Assembly: GCA_029934215.1 (NCBI GenBank)
Contig: JAOZMR010000002.1
Span: 1 to 32,942, forward strand
From: Pontiellaceae bacterium
GTDB lineage: Bacteria; Verrucomicrobiota; Kiritimatiellia; Kiritimatiellales; Tichowtungiaceae
Length of the DNA: 32,942 bases
Direction: 5' to 3'
Positions 1 to 8,451 of this stretch are shown piece after piece. Each line of letters begins with the position of its first letter. The first letter of the stretch is position 1. The position numbers and the translations under genes were made by a program. The notes below the pieces were generated by a model that did not search any database, was not told the origin of the DNA, and was given only the letters and a program-made list of their open reading frames with translations.

Positions 1-418
1 TCGTCGGCACACTGACCAGGCACGTAAAGCCGTAGTGTAACGAACATGAATTGCCAAAAACAATAGCAGAACTTACGGGATGGACTACTAGGAGATTTGT
101 TGTCCACCAGATGGAATAGACGCGCCCAGAAGTTGCGCTCCAATGCAGGGCGTTTCCTGAGATGGGATTCTGCACCAAGCGACTGGTCGCTCTTGTTGGG
201 TCGAGCCCCGCAATGTACGCTTCTCGGACGGTGTTGATTCCGTTGGAGCAGGTCGCCGCAGGATTCGCGTAAGAGGCTCTGCCGTAATAACGACGTTCCC
301 ACCATTCAGGGATTCCGTTGATGTCCTTATCGTAGAACACATCCACCGCCATGCTGTTGGTAAACCCATGACAGGTGCTTTGTAGCGTGATGACCGCATT
401 GGACTGATGTGTTTGCTG
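1..418 (-). pseudogene. Fragment of a secreted-protein C-terminal domain (DxDxNG-PxWWE...EAYIAGLDP...W...GRVYSIWWTTNL); runs off the window edge
   Basis: Manual translation of the minus frame through the ATG at 352 gives MAVDVFYDKDINGIPEWWERRYYG...REAYIAGLDPT...LHWSATSGRVYSIWWTTNLL. This is the same domain type as the C-terminus of 13976..14590. The RBS+ATG at 430 is followed by an in-frame TGA at codon 4, and there is no signal peptide. Confidence 0.5.
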
Positions 419-511
419 TCAAAAACTCATTTCTCCTCTTGACCTCATTCCGATCAATTCCGGCAAACAAAGCATTCAGAGTGTTGTTGAACAAGGTCTA
501 TTTTGGTTTTG

Positions 512-2233
512 CTACCAATCTTTGTCGACGTGTATTGGCTGCCCGAGATAGGGGCGTAGGTTTTGGCGCTGGTCTTTTTCGTTTTGTTTCATCGCGTCAA
601 GCAATTGTTGCGCTTCTTCTTCGCTCATTTCGCCCGCTTGTTGTTGCGGCTTCTGTGAGGGTTGGGATTGCTGTTCTTCCGGTTCTTGCTGTTGTTCCTG
701 TTCTTGCTTTTGATCTTCCTGGTTCTGCTGCTCTTGTTGGTCGGATTTGTCGGATTTCTCTTTTTCTTCTTTTGAATCCTTATCGTCCTCTTTGCCTTTT
801 TCTTTTTTCTCTTCCTTCTCCTCTTCTTGTTTCTGCTTTTCGAGCCGCTCTTTCAGGGCGAGCGCGCGTTCTAGGTTTTGTTTGGTGGAGAGGGCGGCGG
901 GGTTTAGCTGGAGCGCTTCTTCTAGGTTTTCTATGGCTTGTGTGGTTGCGGCGAGTCTGGCTTCTAGCTGCTGCTCGGGGGTTGCGGGGAGGGGGGCGAT
1001 TTGCGAGTCGGGGGCGACTTGCGAGTCGCCCGTACAGCTGGCCAGCAGGGCCGTGCCTCGGTTGTGGAGGGCCTTTTGTTTTAGCGTTTCGTCTGTGGTT
1101 TGCGCGGCGGCTTCGCCGAATAGTTTTTCCGAACCTTGGAAGTTTCCTTCTCGGTAGAGGGCGTGGCCTTGGTTGTATTTTTCAATGGCCGGAAATTTTT
1201 CTTCGGCGTCGGCGTTCGGAATGCAGAAGAGTAGAAGGAGGAGCGCGATTTTCGGGTTGCGGAGGAGTGTTTCGGCGAGGAGGAGAAGGAGGGCGGCGGC
1301 GATGAAGTAGCCGGTGCGTTCTTTGTAGATTTTGGCGAGGCGGGTTTCTTGTTCGTCGCGCTGGAGGTTGGAGATGCCGAGTGCGTAGATGCGGTCGAGT
1401 CCGAAGTCGCCGGGGGCGGAGCGGACGTAGAAGCCGCCGGTTTCGCGGGCGAGCTGTTCGAGGAGGGTTTCGTTGAGTGTGCTTTTGATGACGCGGCCTT
1501 GTTCGTCTTTTAGGTAGCCTCGCCCGTCGGCGGCGGGGATGAGTTCGCCTGAGGCGGTGCCGACGCCGATGGAGAAGAGTTTGATCTGCTTTTCGTTTAG
1601 TTTTTTCGCGATTTTCAGGGGGTCGCCGCTGTGGTCTTCGCCGTCGGTGATGAGGATGATGACGCGGTCGGCGGCGGATTCGGTGTCGAAGCTTTCTTCG
1701 GCGGTTTCGAGGGCTTGGGCGATGGCGGTTCCGCCTTTTGGGATGATGCCTGCGTAGAGGTCGTTGAGGGTCATGGTGAAGGCGGCGTAGTCGATGGTGA
1801 CGGGGCATTGGAGGAAGCTGCTTCCGGCGAAGGCGATGAGCCCGATGCGGTCGCCTTTGAGGTGGCGGACGAAGTTGCTGATGGCCCATTTTGCTTGTTG
1901 CAGGCGGTTGGGTTTGATGTCGGCGGCGAGCATGCTTTTGGAGGTGTCGAGCACGACGATGATGTCGAGTCCGCGTTGTTTGACTTCTTCCATTTTGTAG
2001 CCCCACTGCGGGCGGGCGAGGGCGAGGAGGATGAAGAGGAGCGCGAGTGTTCGTAGGAGGGTGCGGCGGCGGTTTTGTTTTGGGTTGTTCCCGGGTATGA
2101 CGGTTTTCCAAACCTTGGAAGAGATGAGTTTGGCGAGCCGCGCGGCGCGTTGGCGGTGCAGAATGATGAGTGCTCCGATGAGCGGGAGCAGAAGGAGGAG
2201 GGCTTTTAAAAATTCTGGAGCGGCGAATCTCAT
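512..2233 (-). CDS. batB: BatB-like vWA domain protein fused to a BatC-like TPR and charged/Q-rich tail
   Basis: N-terminal BatA-type TM segment, LARPQWG, MIDAS DTSKSM, ITDGEDH, then TPR-like YNQGHALY/HNRG and the EEEAQQLLDAM...KDW terminus typical of BatC. Confidence 0.85.
   Translation of the reverse strand: MRFAAPEFLKALLLLLPLIGALIILHRQRAARLAKLISSKVWKTVIPGNNPKQNRRRTLLRTLALLFILLALARPQWGYKMEEVKQRGLDIIVVLDTSKSMLAADIKPNRLQQAKWAISNFVRHLKGDRIGLIAFAGSSFLQCPVTIDYAAFTMTLNDLYAGIIPKGGTAIAQALETAEESFDTESAADRVIILITDGEDHSGDPLKIAKKLNEKQIKLFSIGVGTASGELIPAADGRGYLKDEQGRVIKSTLNETLLEQLARETGGFYVRSAPGDFGLDRIYALGISNLQRDEQETRLAKIYKERTGYFIAAALLLLLAETLLRNPKIALLLLLFCIPNADAEEKFPAIEKYNQGHALYREGNFQGSEKLFGEAAAQTTDETLKQKALHNRGTALLASCTGDSQVAPDSQIAPLPATPEQQLEARLAATTQAIENLEEALQLNPAALSTKQNLERALALKERLEKQKQEEEKEEKKEKGKEDDKDSKEEKEKSDKSDQQEQQNQEDQKQEQEQQQEPEEQQSQPSQKPQQQAGEMSEEEAQQLLDAMKQNEKDQRQNLRPYLGQPIHVDKDW
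992..1035 (-). repeat. REP-like palindrome (GTAC-GGGCGACT-CGCA-AGTCGCCC) with an 18-nt partial duplication, in frame inside batB
   Basis: 8-bp perfect stem at 1012-1031 next to a GTAC tetranucleotide. Direct repeat gggggcga(t/c)ttgcgagtc at 992 and 1010. Translates as CTGDSQVAPDSQIAP. Confidence 0.65.
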
Positions 2234-3201
2234 GATGGAAGCCTCCCGAAGCGTGATAGTGCGATGAGTTTTTCCAAGGTTAGGAAGAGGAGGGCGGCGA
2301 GGAGCCAGCGGCTGGCGGTTTCTTCGTAGCGGGTGAATTGTTGCATTTCGATTTCGGTTTTTTCGAGCTGGTCGATTTGGTCGTAGACGGAGGAGAGGGT
2401 GGCGAGATCTTTGGCGCGGAAGAATTGCCCTTCGCTGATGGCGGCGATTTCTTCGAGGGTGGTGGTGTCGATTTGCTGCGGAGCTTGGTTAAAGAATCCG
2501 CGCCGGACGGGGAGTCCGCCGCCGATGCCAATGGCGTAGATTTTGATGCCGAGCGCGGCGGCGGCTTCGGCGGCATTTTCGGGGGTGAGTTCGCCTCGGT
2601 TGTTTTCGCCGTCGGTGATGAGGATGACGATGCGGCTTTTGGCTTCGCTGTCGCGTAGGCGGTTGATGGCGGAGGCGATGGCGTCGCCGATGGCGGTTCC
2701 GTCTTCAAGCATTCCGGTGCGTAGGTTTTCCAGACGCTGGGTGAGCCAGCTGTGGTCGAGCGTGAGCGGGGCGACGGAGTAGGGGAGCGCAGAAAAGGCG
2801 ACGAGTCCGACGCGGTCGTCGGTGCGTTTTTCGATGAAGTCGCTGATGACTTGTTTGGCGGAGTCGATTCGGGTTTGGCGTCGGCCGTTGCGGGCGAAGT
2901 CTGGGGTGTCCATGGAGGTGGAGAGGTCGAGCAGTAGGACGATTTCTACGCCTTCGGTGTTGACGCGGCTTTCGCTGAGTCCGCGTTGTGGGCGGGCGAG
3001 CGCGACGATGAGGCAGAGGAGTCCCGCAGCGAAGAGGAGGGGGAGAACGGGCTGGAGCCGGACGCTTAGGCTGACGGGGAGTTTGCGCAGGAGTGCGCCG
3101 TCGGGGAAATGCACGGCGGGGCGTCGGCGGCAAATCCGCCACCAGAGGAGGGGCGGGACGAGCAGGAGAAGCCACAGGAGGGTTGGATAAGCAAATGTCA
3201 T
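2230..3201 (-). CDS. batA: BatA vWA domain protein
   Basis: MTFAYP..LWLLLL N-terminus, ALARPQ, DLSTSM MIDAS, GTAIGDAI, ITDGENNRG, IDQLEKTE; ATGA overlap with batB. Confidence 0.88.
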   Translation of the reverse strand: MTFAYPTLLWLLLLVPPLLWWRICRRRPAVHFPDGALLRKLPVSLSVRLQPVLPLLFAAGLLCLIVALARPQRGLSESRVNTEGVEIVLLLDLSTSMDTPDFARNGRRQTRIDSAKQVISDFIEKRTDDRVGLVAFSALPYSVAPLTLDHSWLTQRLENLRTGMLEDGTAIGDAIASAINRLRDSEAKSRIVILITDGENNRGELTPENAAEAAAALGIKIYAIGIGGGLPVRRGFFNQAPQQIDTTTLEEIAAISEGQFFRAKDLATLSSVYDQIDQLEKTEIEMQQFTRYEETASRWLLAALLFLTLEKLIALSRFGRLPS

Positions 3202-3213
3202 GATAAAGAGTTT

Positions 3214-3669
3214 TTAGCCACGAGAGAGCGCAGAGAACACGAAAGAAAGAAAAAGGGAGAGGGAAAGTATGGGCTGGGGGGTGGAACGTTTGAACCGATC
3301 GAGTATGAATTTTTTAATTTTGAATTTGTAGGAACCAAAGTTGATGAGTAATCCGTGTTCGATGTTGGATGAACGAAGGTATCCAATGATTTGTGCGGTA
3401 TGTTCTTCGGTAAATGTTTTGCAGGCTTTTAACTCTACGATTAGAACGCCTTCTACGATTAGGTCCGCATAGTAATCGCCAATTTCGGTTCCGTCTTCGT
3501 CGTAGACTTTTATGGGTTTCTGTTGTTCGACTTTTAATCCTGCTTTTTTGAGACGATGAACAAGTGCGTTTTCGTACACTTTTTCGAGATGTCCAGTTCC
3601 GTGGTATTCATGAATGGCGTATGCTGTTTCCCGAACCTGATCGCATAGTTGTTTGGTTTTTTCATCCAT
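3214..3669 (-). CDS. GxxExxY protein (small PD-(D/E)XK nuclease-like)
   Basis: GHLEKVY motif, YYADLIVEG..IVELKA, AQIIGYL, GLLINFG. The likely start is MDEK at 3669 behind a GGAGGAGG RBS. Confidence 0.9.
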   Translation of the reverse strand: MDEKTKQLCDQVRETAYAIHEYHGTGHLEKVYENALVHRLKKAGLKVEQQKPIKVYDEDGTEIGDYYADLIVEGVLIVELKACKTFTEEHTAQIIGYLRSSNIEHGLLINFGSYKFKIKKFILDRFKRSTPQPILSLSLFLSFVFSALSRG

Positions 3670-3710
3670 TCTATTCCTCCTCCTTTGTGTTCTTTGCGCT
3701 CTCTTGTGGC
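3217..3710. mobile_element. Inverted-repeat-bracketed GxxExxY cassette
   Basis: Arms at 3217-3245 (gccacgagagagcgcagagaacacgaaag) and 3683-3710 (ctttgtgttctttgcgctctcttgtggc) are ~28-bp inverted repeats with 3 substitutions, built from 9-nt subunits. Mobility is inferred. Confidence 0.6.
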
Positions 3711-4615
3711 AAACATTGTTCCTGCATGGTTTGTTCAACAAAAGTTTCCACGGTTTGAAAGGCGGTTTGTAGGGCGGCTTGTTGGGCGTCGGCGCGGGCG
3801 AATTTTACGAGGTCGGCTTGCGTGAAGAGGGGGCCAAGGGCGTCTCGGTGCTCGGGCTGGAGTTTTTCGGTTAGTTCTTCGGTGGTGGATTCGGGGGCGT
3901 TGAGATTGAATCGGTTTTCTAGGTAGTTCCGGAGGATGAGGGAGAGTTGTACGAAGAAGGGTTCGGGTATCCATGGCTCGTTGCGTAGGGCGGCGAGGGC
4001 TTCTTGCGCGATGATGTGCGGTGGGATGATGGGCTCGGGCGTGAAGGGGCTGGCGGGGCTTTTCCAGAGGTAGCGGACGAGGAAGATGATTGCTGTGAGG
4101 AGGAGTATGGCGAGCGCGGAGATCCATAGCCAGCGCGGGATTCGTAGCGGCGGTTTGATGGTTCCGTGGATGTCGGAGAGGATGGTTTTGTTGGTTTCGT
4201 TGAGCGTGCTTTGTACGTGGAGGGTGAGCGGTGGGAGGGGGTGTTCTTTTTCGGTTCCGTCGGAGAGGATGCAAACGGCGGGGTTGGTGGCGACGATCCA
4301 GTCGCCGATGCGGAAGGAGGTGAGTTGGAGGGTTTCTTCGGTTTGTAGGATGTCGTCGGAGAGGGGGCGCGTTTCGATGGATCGGTTTTGTACGACGATT
4401 TGTTTGCCGTTTCCAAGGGTTGGAAAAACGATGCGGCTGTCCGTTGGGTGGCGCGCGGTTTGTGTGAGTGTGACGAGGTCGCCGAGGTGTAGAATGTTGG
4501 TGCTGAGCACGGCTTGCGCGTCGAACCCGCCGGGCGGCAGGGGTTCCACTTTTCCGCAGCCTGTTAAAATGACCGCAAGAAGGCTGGCTAGTATAAGTTG
4601 ACGAAGCTGGTTCAT
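3671..4615 (-). CDS. Bat-operon membrane lipoprotein (DUF4381-like, normally between DUF58 and batA)
   Basis: Lipobox LTGC, one TM helix, PPHIIA..AL..L, LRNYLENRF..APESTTEE, ADLVKFA; operon position. Confidence 0.75.
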   Translation of the reverse strand: MNQLRQLILASLLAVILTGCGKVEPLPPGGFDAQAVLSTNILHLGDLVTLTQTARHPTDSRIVFPTLGNGKQIVVQNRSIETRPLSDDILQTEETLQLTSFRIGDWIVATNPAVCILSDGTEKEHPLPPLTLHVQSTLNETNKTILSDIHGTIKPPLRIPRWLWISALAILLLTAIIFLVRYLWKSPASPFTPEPIIPPHIIAQEALAALRNEPWIPEPFFVQLSLILRNYLENRFNLNAPESTTEELTEKLQPEHRDALGPLFTQADLVKFARADAQQAALQTAFQTVETFVEQTMQEQCLPQESAKNTKEEE

Positions 4616-4622
4616 GTTAATT

Positions 4623-4755
4623 AACCGCGAAAGAACGCAAGGAACGCAAAAAGGGGGACGAGTAGGGCTTTTGCACCGAGAGGTAGTTTTGGAGTGACAT
4701 GATTTGATCTGTGTTCATGGGGTTTCCTTTGCGTTCTTTGCGCTCTTTCGCGGTT
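4623..4755. mobile_element. MITE-like, internally deleted hairpin cassette of the same family as the GxxExxY cassette
   Basis: 28-bp inverted repeats at 4623-4650 and 4728-4755 (2 mismatches), with the same 9-nt subunits (AGCGCAAAG AACGCAAAG). A 33-aa minus-strand ORF (4718..4617, MNTDQIMSLQNYLSVQKP...) starts just inside one arm and reads through the other. Confidence 0.6.
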
Positions 4756-4759
4756 TTAA

Positions 4760-5686
4760 TCATTTGCGGTGGTTTCGGGTGCTGAAGAATTTGATGAAGG
4801 CTTTTTCGTAGGGTTCGCCTGCGAGGAGCTCGATGGTGTCGATGCCGGAGCGTTTGAGCGTGCTGTTGCGTTGGTCGATGCGTTGGGTTTGTTCGTGTAG
4901 AAGCTGGGTGCGTACGGCGGTGCTGGAGGTGTCGATGAGTATGCGTTCGCCGCTTTCGGGGTCTTGCCATTCAACAACGCCGACGCGGGGCCATGCGTGT
5001 TCGTGTTTGTCGGCAATGGTTACGGCGATTAGGTCGTGGCGACGAGCGGTGATTTTGAGCGGCTTTTCGCAGTCGATGGGGAAGATGAAGTCGCTAACAA
5101 GAAAGGTGACGGCTTTTTTGGGATGGGTGTGGTTGAGGAAGTCGAGCGCGGGGCGGGCATCGGTGCCGGTGCTTTGCGGTTCGTGGGTGAGGACTTCTTG
5201 GACGATGCGTAGGACGTGTGCGCTGCCTTTGCGCGGTGGGATATATTTTTCGACTTGGTCGGAGAAGAGGATGAGCCCGATGCGGTCGTTGTTGCGGGTG
5301 GCGGAGAAGGCGAGCATGGCGGCGACTTCGGCGGCGAGGTCGCGCTTGAGCTGCGGGGTGCTTCCGAAGTCGTTGGAGGCGCTGATGTCGACCATGAGCA
5401 TGACGGTCATTTCGCGCTCTTCGATGAATTTTTTGACGTGCGGCGTTCCTGAGCGGGCGGTGACGTTCCAGTCGATGGCGCGTACGTCGTCGCCGGTCAC
5501 GTATTCGCGGACTCGGTCAAATTCCATTCCGCGTCCTTTGAAGGTGGAGTGGTAGCTCCCTGCAAATACGTCGTTGACGGCGTGGCGCGTGCGGATTTCG
5601 ATCCGGCGAACTTTCTTCAGCAATTCGCGGTGGGAGGAGGTGGCATTTCTTATTGAATTGCCTGTTTTGTTGTTTGTTCGACTCAT
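4760..5686 (-). CDS. DUF58 (vWA-like) protein, MoxR-associated
   Basis: GSYHSTFKGRGMEFDRVREYVTGDDVRAIDWNVTAR and EEREMTV..VDISAS signatures. Confidence 0.9.
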   Translation of the reverse strand: MSRTNNKTGNSIRNATSSHRELLKKVRRIEIRTRHAVNDVFAGSYHSTFKGRGMEFDRVREYVTGDDVRAIDWNVTARSGTPHVKKFIEEREMTVMLMVDISASNDFGSTPQLKRDLAAEVAAMLAFSATRNNDRIGLILFSDQVEKYIPPRKGSAHVLRIVQEVLTHEPQSTGTDARPALDFLNHTHPKKAVTFLVSDFIFPIDCEKPLKITARRHDLIAVTIADKHEHAWPRVGVVEWQDPESGERILIDTSSTAVRTQLLHEQTQRIDQRNSTLKRSGIDTIELLAGEPYEKAFIKFFSTRNHRK

Positions 5687-5840
5687 ATCGGCGATTATGT
5701 AGACTGGTGTTAAATCGAGTGTTTAAAAACCATTTTTTTTCGTAACAGTCAATGGCTAAAAGTGGAGACTTGGAGCGTTGATGTTAAATCTGTTTGGTTT
5801 TGTCTATTCATCTATCTCTATTCGTGGTTGAATCTCGCGC

Positions 5841-6470
5841 ATGATTTCTTCTGTTATATTTGATTTTGACGGTGTTATTGTCGATTCAGAGCGATTGCAT
5901 TGGGCTGCTTTTAATGCGGTTCTTGGCAGTCCGGTGTCTTGGAGCGATTATATCGACAAACTGATCGGGTTCGACGACCGCGATGCGTTTGCTTATCTTT
6001 TTCCAAACATTGGAAAAGTGGAACTGGGTAGTCTGATCGTTAAAAAGGCGGCGGCGTTTCAGATCTTGTTGGAGAGCGATGGCGCGGCGGCTCTTCCTGG
6101 AGCGGTTGAGTTGATTGAGCGTCTCTCTGGAAAATTACCGATTGCAATCTGCTCGGGCGCTCTTCGTGGGGATATTCTTCCAATCATTGGAAGCCTCGGT
6201 GTCGAGCATGCCTTCGATACGATTGTGACTGCGGAGGATACTCCTGCAAGCAAGCCAGACCCTGCGCCGTATCGGCTCGCCGCTGAAAAGCTTGGCGCTA
6301 CGGATGGTTTGGCGATTGAGGATACGCCCGCCGGAATTGCTTCTGCAAGGGGCGCGGGACTGAAGGTGCTAGCTGTGACAAACAGCTATGAAAGGGAGTT
6401 TCTCTCTGAGGCGGACCTGATCGTTAACTCGCTCGAAGGCATCACGCTCGAACAACTAACAGGGATATAA
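5841..6470 (+). CDS. HAD-superfamily phosphatase (beta-PGM/CbbY-like)
   Basis: FDFDGVIVDSE motif I, KPDPAPY, IEDTPAGIASA. Confidence 0.9.
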   Translation: MISSVIFDFDGVIVDSERLHWAAFNAVLGSPVSWSDYIDKLIGFDDRDAFAYLFPNIGKVELGSLIVKKAAAFQILLESDGAAALPGAVELIERLSGKLPIAICSGALRGDILPIIGSLGVEHAFDTIVTAEDTPASKPDPAPYRLAAEKLGATDGLAIEDTPAGIASARGAGLKVLAVTNSYEREFLSEADLIVNSLEGITLEQLTGI

Positions 6471-6491
6471 CACGCAAATCTGGAATTGCCG

Positions 6492-6520
6492 TTGCACAGT
6501 CCGCGTCCTTTGCGCATACT
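6492..6520 (+). promoter_or_regulatory. Putative sigma70 promoter for surA-pdxA-rsmA
   Basis: TTGCAC (6492-6497), 17-bp spacer, CATACT (6515-6520), ending 9 nt before the ATG at 6530. Confidence 0.55.
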
Positions 6521-6529
6521 CTCAACTCT

Positions 6530-7498
6530 ATGAAAAAAATACTCCTATCTATAATTCTCTCGACCGGATCGCTCTTTGCTCAGACCAATGACGCCCCGAT
6601 CATCACCGCAATCGATGGCTACGCAGCGCAGGTCGGAACAACCGTCATTACCTACGGCGAAATCCGCGAAACTGTTGCACAGTATATGCCGCAACTGCTT
6701 CAGAGGTATAAGGGCGAGGAGCTCGCCCAGCAGATCCAAAAACTACACTGGGATGCCCGCGAGGCACTGATCGAGGAAACGTTGATCAAGGAGGAGGCAA
6801 GCGAGCTCGGGTTGGCGTTGCCGTCTAGTTCCATCGATGAAGAGATCAACCGTCTGATACGCGAGCGGTTCGATAATGACCGAACTCTGCTGAGCCGCAC
6901 GCTTGCCGCACGTCGAATGACCTTCGACGAATGGCGCGAAAGCATTTCCGATCAGATCACCCTGCAAGTATATTACCGGCAAGAGGTCACCAGCCGCGCC
7001 ACCGTTTCGAAAGCCGCAATCCGCATTGCCTACGAGGAAAATAGAGAGAGCCTGAAGATTCCGTTCAATGTGAAGTTTCGCGCGATTCTCATAAATAAAG
7101 GGGTCAGCGCCGAGGACCAAGCCATCAAAAAACAGCAAGCCGAGGAACTGCTAAAAAAACTACGCAACGGCGCTGATTTCGCGGAAACGGCCCAAGAGTT
7201 TTCGGAAGGTATTCGTGCAGACAACGGAGGCGAATTTCCGTGGGGCGACCCAGAAGATATTCGCGAGGAGCTCCGCCCAACTCTTTATAATGTTGCCGCA
7301 GGACAAATTAGTGAGATTATTGAAACAGATAGCGAGTTCTACATCGTCAAAATTGAAGCACGACGCGAGGAGGGAACGGTTCCATTTGAAGAGGTCAGTG
7401 GCAAAATTGAAGCCAAGCTGCTCCGTATCGAGCAGGACCGTTTGCATGACGAGCTGATTGAGCGGTTAACCAAACGCCATTTTGTGAAACGGTACTGA
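6530..7498 (+). CDS. surA: SurA-like parvulin peptidyl-prolyl isomerase/chaperone
   Basis: Signal peptide, SurA N-domain, GADFAETAQEFSEG..ADNGGEF rotamase motif; sits upstream of pdxA-rsmA as in the conserved operon. Confidence 0.8.
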   Translation: MKKILLSIILSTGSLFAQTNDAPIITAIDGYAAQVGTTVITYGEIRETVAQYMPQLLQRYKGEELAQQIQKLHWDAREALIEETLIKEEASELGLALPSSSIDEEINRLIRERFDNDRTLLSRTLAARRMTFDEWRESISDQITLQVYYRQEVTSRATVSKAAIRIAYEENRESLKIPFNVKFRAILINKGVSAEDQAIKKQQAEELLKKLRNGADFAETAQEFSEGIRADNGGEFPWGDPEDIREELRPTLYNVAAGQISEIIETDSEFYIVKIEARREEGTVPFEEVSGKIEAKLLRIEQDRLHDELIERLTKRHFVKRY

Positions 7499-7503
7499 GC
7501 CAG

Positions 7504-8391
7504 ATGGAAAAAAGAACCGAAAAATATCGAATTGGCATAACCTGCGGCGACATCAACGGAATTGGCCCAGAAATCGCACGCAAGGCCATTTCTTCCAAGG
7601 ATTGGAAAAACGTAGAATTCACACTCGTTGGTCCGGAGAATCTTCCAAGCCTTGGAAAAGTCGAAGCTAAAGCCTCAATCATTGCGGTTGAAGCCATAGA
7701 ACAAGCCGTGCGCGGTTGTCTTCGTGGCGAACTCGACGCAATGGTCACAGCCCCCATCTGTAAAGAAGGGCTAAAGCTCGCTGGGATCGATTACCCCGGG
7801 CACACCGAAATGATCGCCGCGCTAACCAATACTCAACGCTACGGGATGATGCTGATGGGCAAAGGCCTCTGTGTCATGCTTGTGACCCGCCACCTCCCGC
7901 TCCGCGAAGTCGCCGACGCGCTCACGCAAGAAAACATTCTCGAAGCCATCGAGTTGACCGCTGAAGCGCTCGAAGCGTTCGGACTCCCCAACGGTCGCAT
8001 CGGCGTCTGCGGACTCAACCCGCACGCGGGCGACGGCGGAGCACTCGGACGCGAGGAATCCGAAATTATTTCCCCCGCCATCGAAGCCGCACGCGCCAAC
8101 GGGTTAAACGTCGCGGGACCTGTTCCTGCTGACGTCATCTTTTTCCAAGCGTTGGAAAACAAATTTGATGCGGTGGTTGCGATGTATCACGACCAAGGGC
8201 TAGGTCCGCTCAAAATGCACGCCTTCGACTGCGGCGTAAACATCACGCTAGGACTACCGATCATCCGCACCTCGCCCGACCACGGTACCGCATTTGACAT
8301 TGCTGGCAAAGGCATCGCCGACCCCACCAGCATGATCGTCGCAATCGAAACCGCTATAGCACTCGCAAAGCGGGCGAAGAATGATGGATAA
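7504..8391 (+). CDS. pdxA: 4-hydroxythreonine-4-phosphate dehydrogenase
   Basis: GDINGIGPEI, VTAPICKE, GHTE, GLNPHAG, AMYHDQG, RTSPDHGTAFDIAGKG. Confidence 0.93.
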   Translation: MEKRTEKYRIGITCGDINGIGPEIARKAISSKDWKNVEFTLVGPENLPSLGKVEAKASIIAVEAIEQAVRGCLRGELDAMVTAPICKEGLKLAGIDYPGHTEMIAALTNTQRYGMMLMGKGLCVMLVTRHLPLREVADALTQENILEAIELTAEALEAFGLPNGRIGVCGLNPHAGDGGALGREESEIISPAIEAARANGLNVAGPVPADVIFFQALENKFDAVVAMYHDQGLGPLKMHAFDCGVNITLGLPIIRTSPDHGTAFDIAGKGIADPTSMIVAIETAIALAKRAKNDG

Positions 8392-8451
8392 ATTACTAAA
8401 AACATGTTTACTCATGCTTGCTTTGAGTTTGGAGACGACGAGGATCGCGTT

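Noticed and set aside
620-840. Low-complexity E/K/Q-coding tract in batB as a DNA repeat element
   Set aside because: This is the ordinary charged/Q-rich linker of BatC-type proteins.
409-2111. Long overlapping ORFs (409..1305 +, 1182..2111 -) and similar shadow ORFs across the window
   Set aside because: They are antisense or alternate-frame products of skewed codon usage, with low-complexity R/P/S-rich translations and no motifs.
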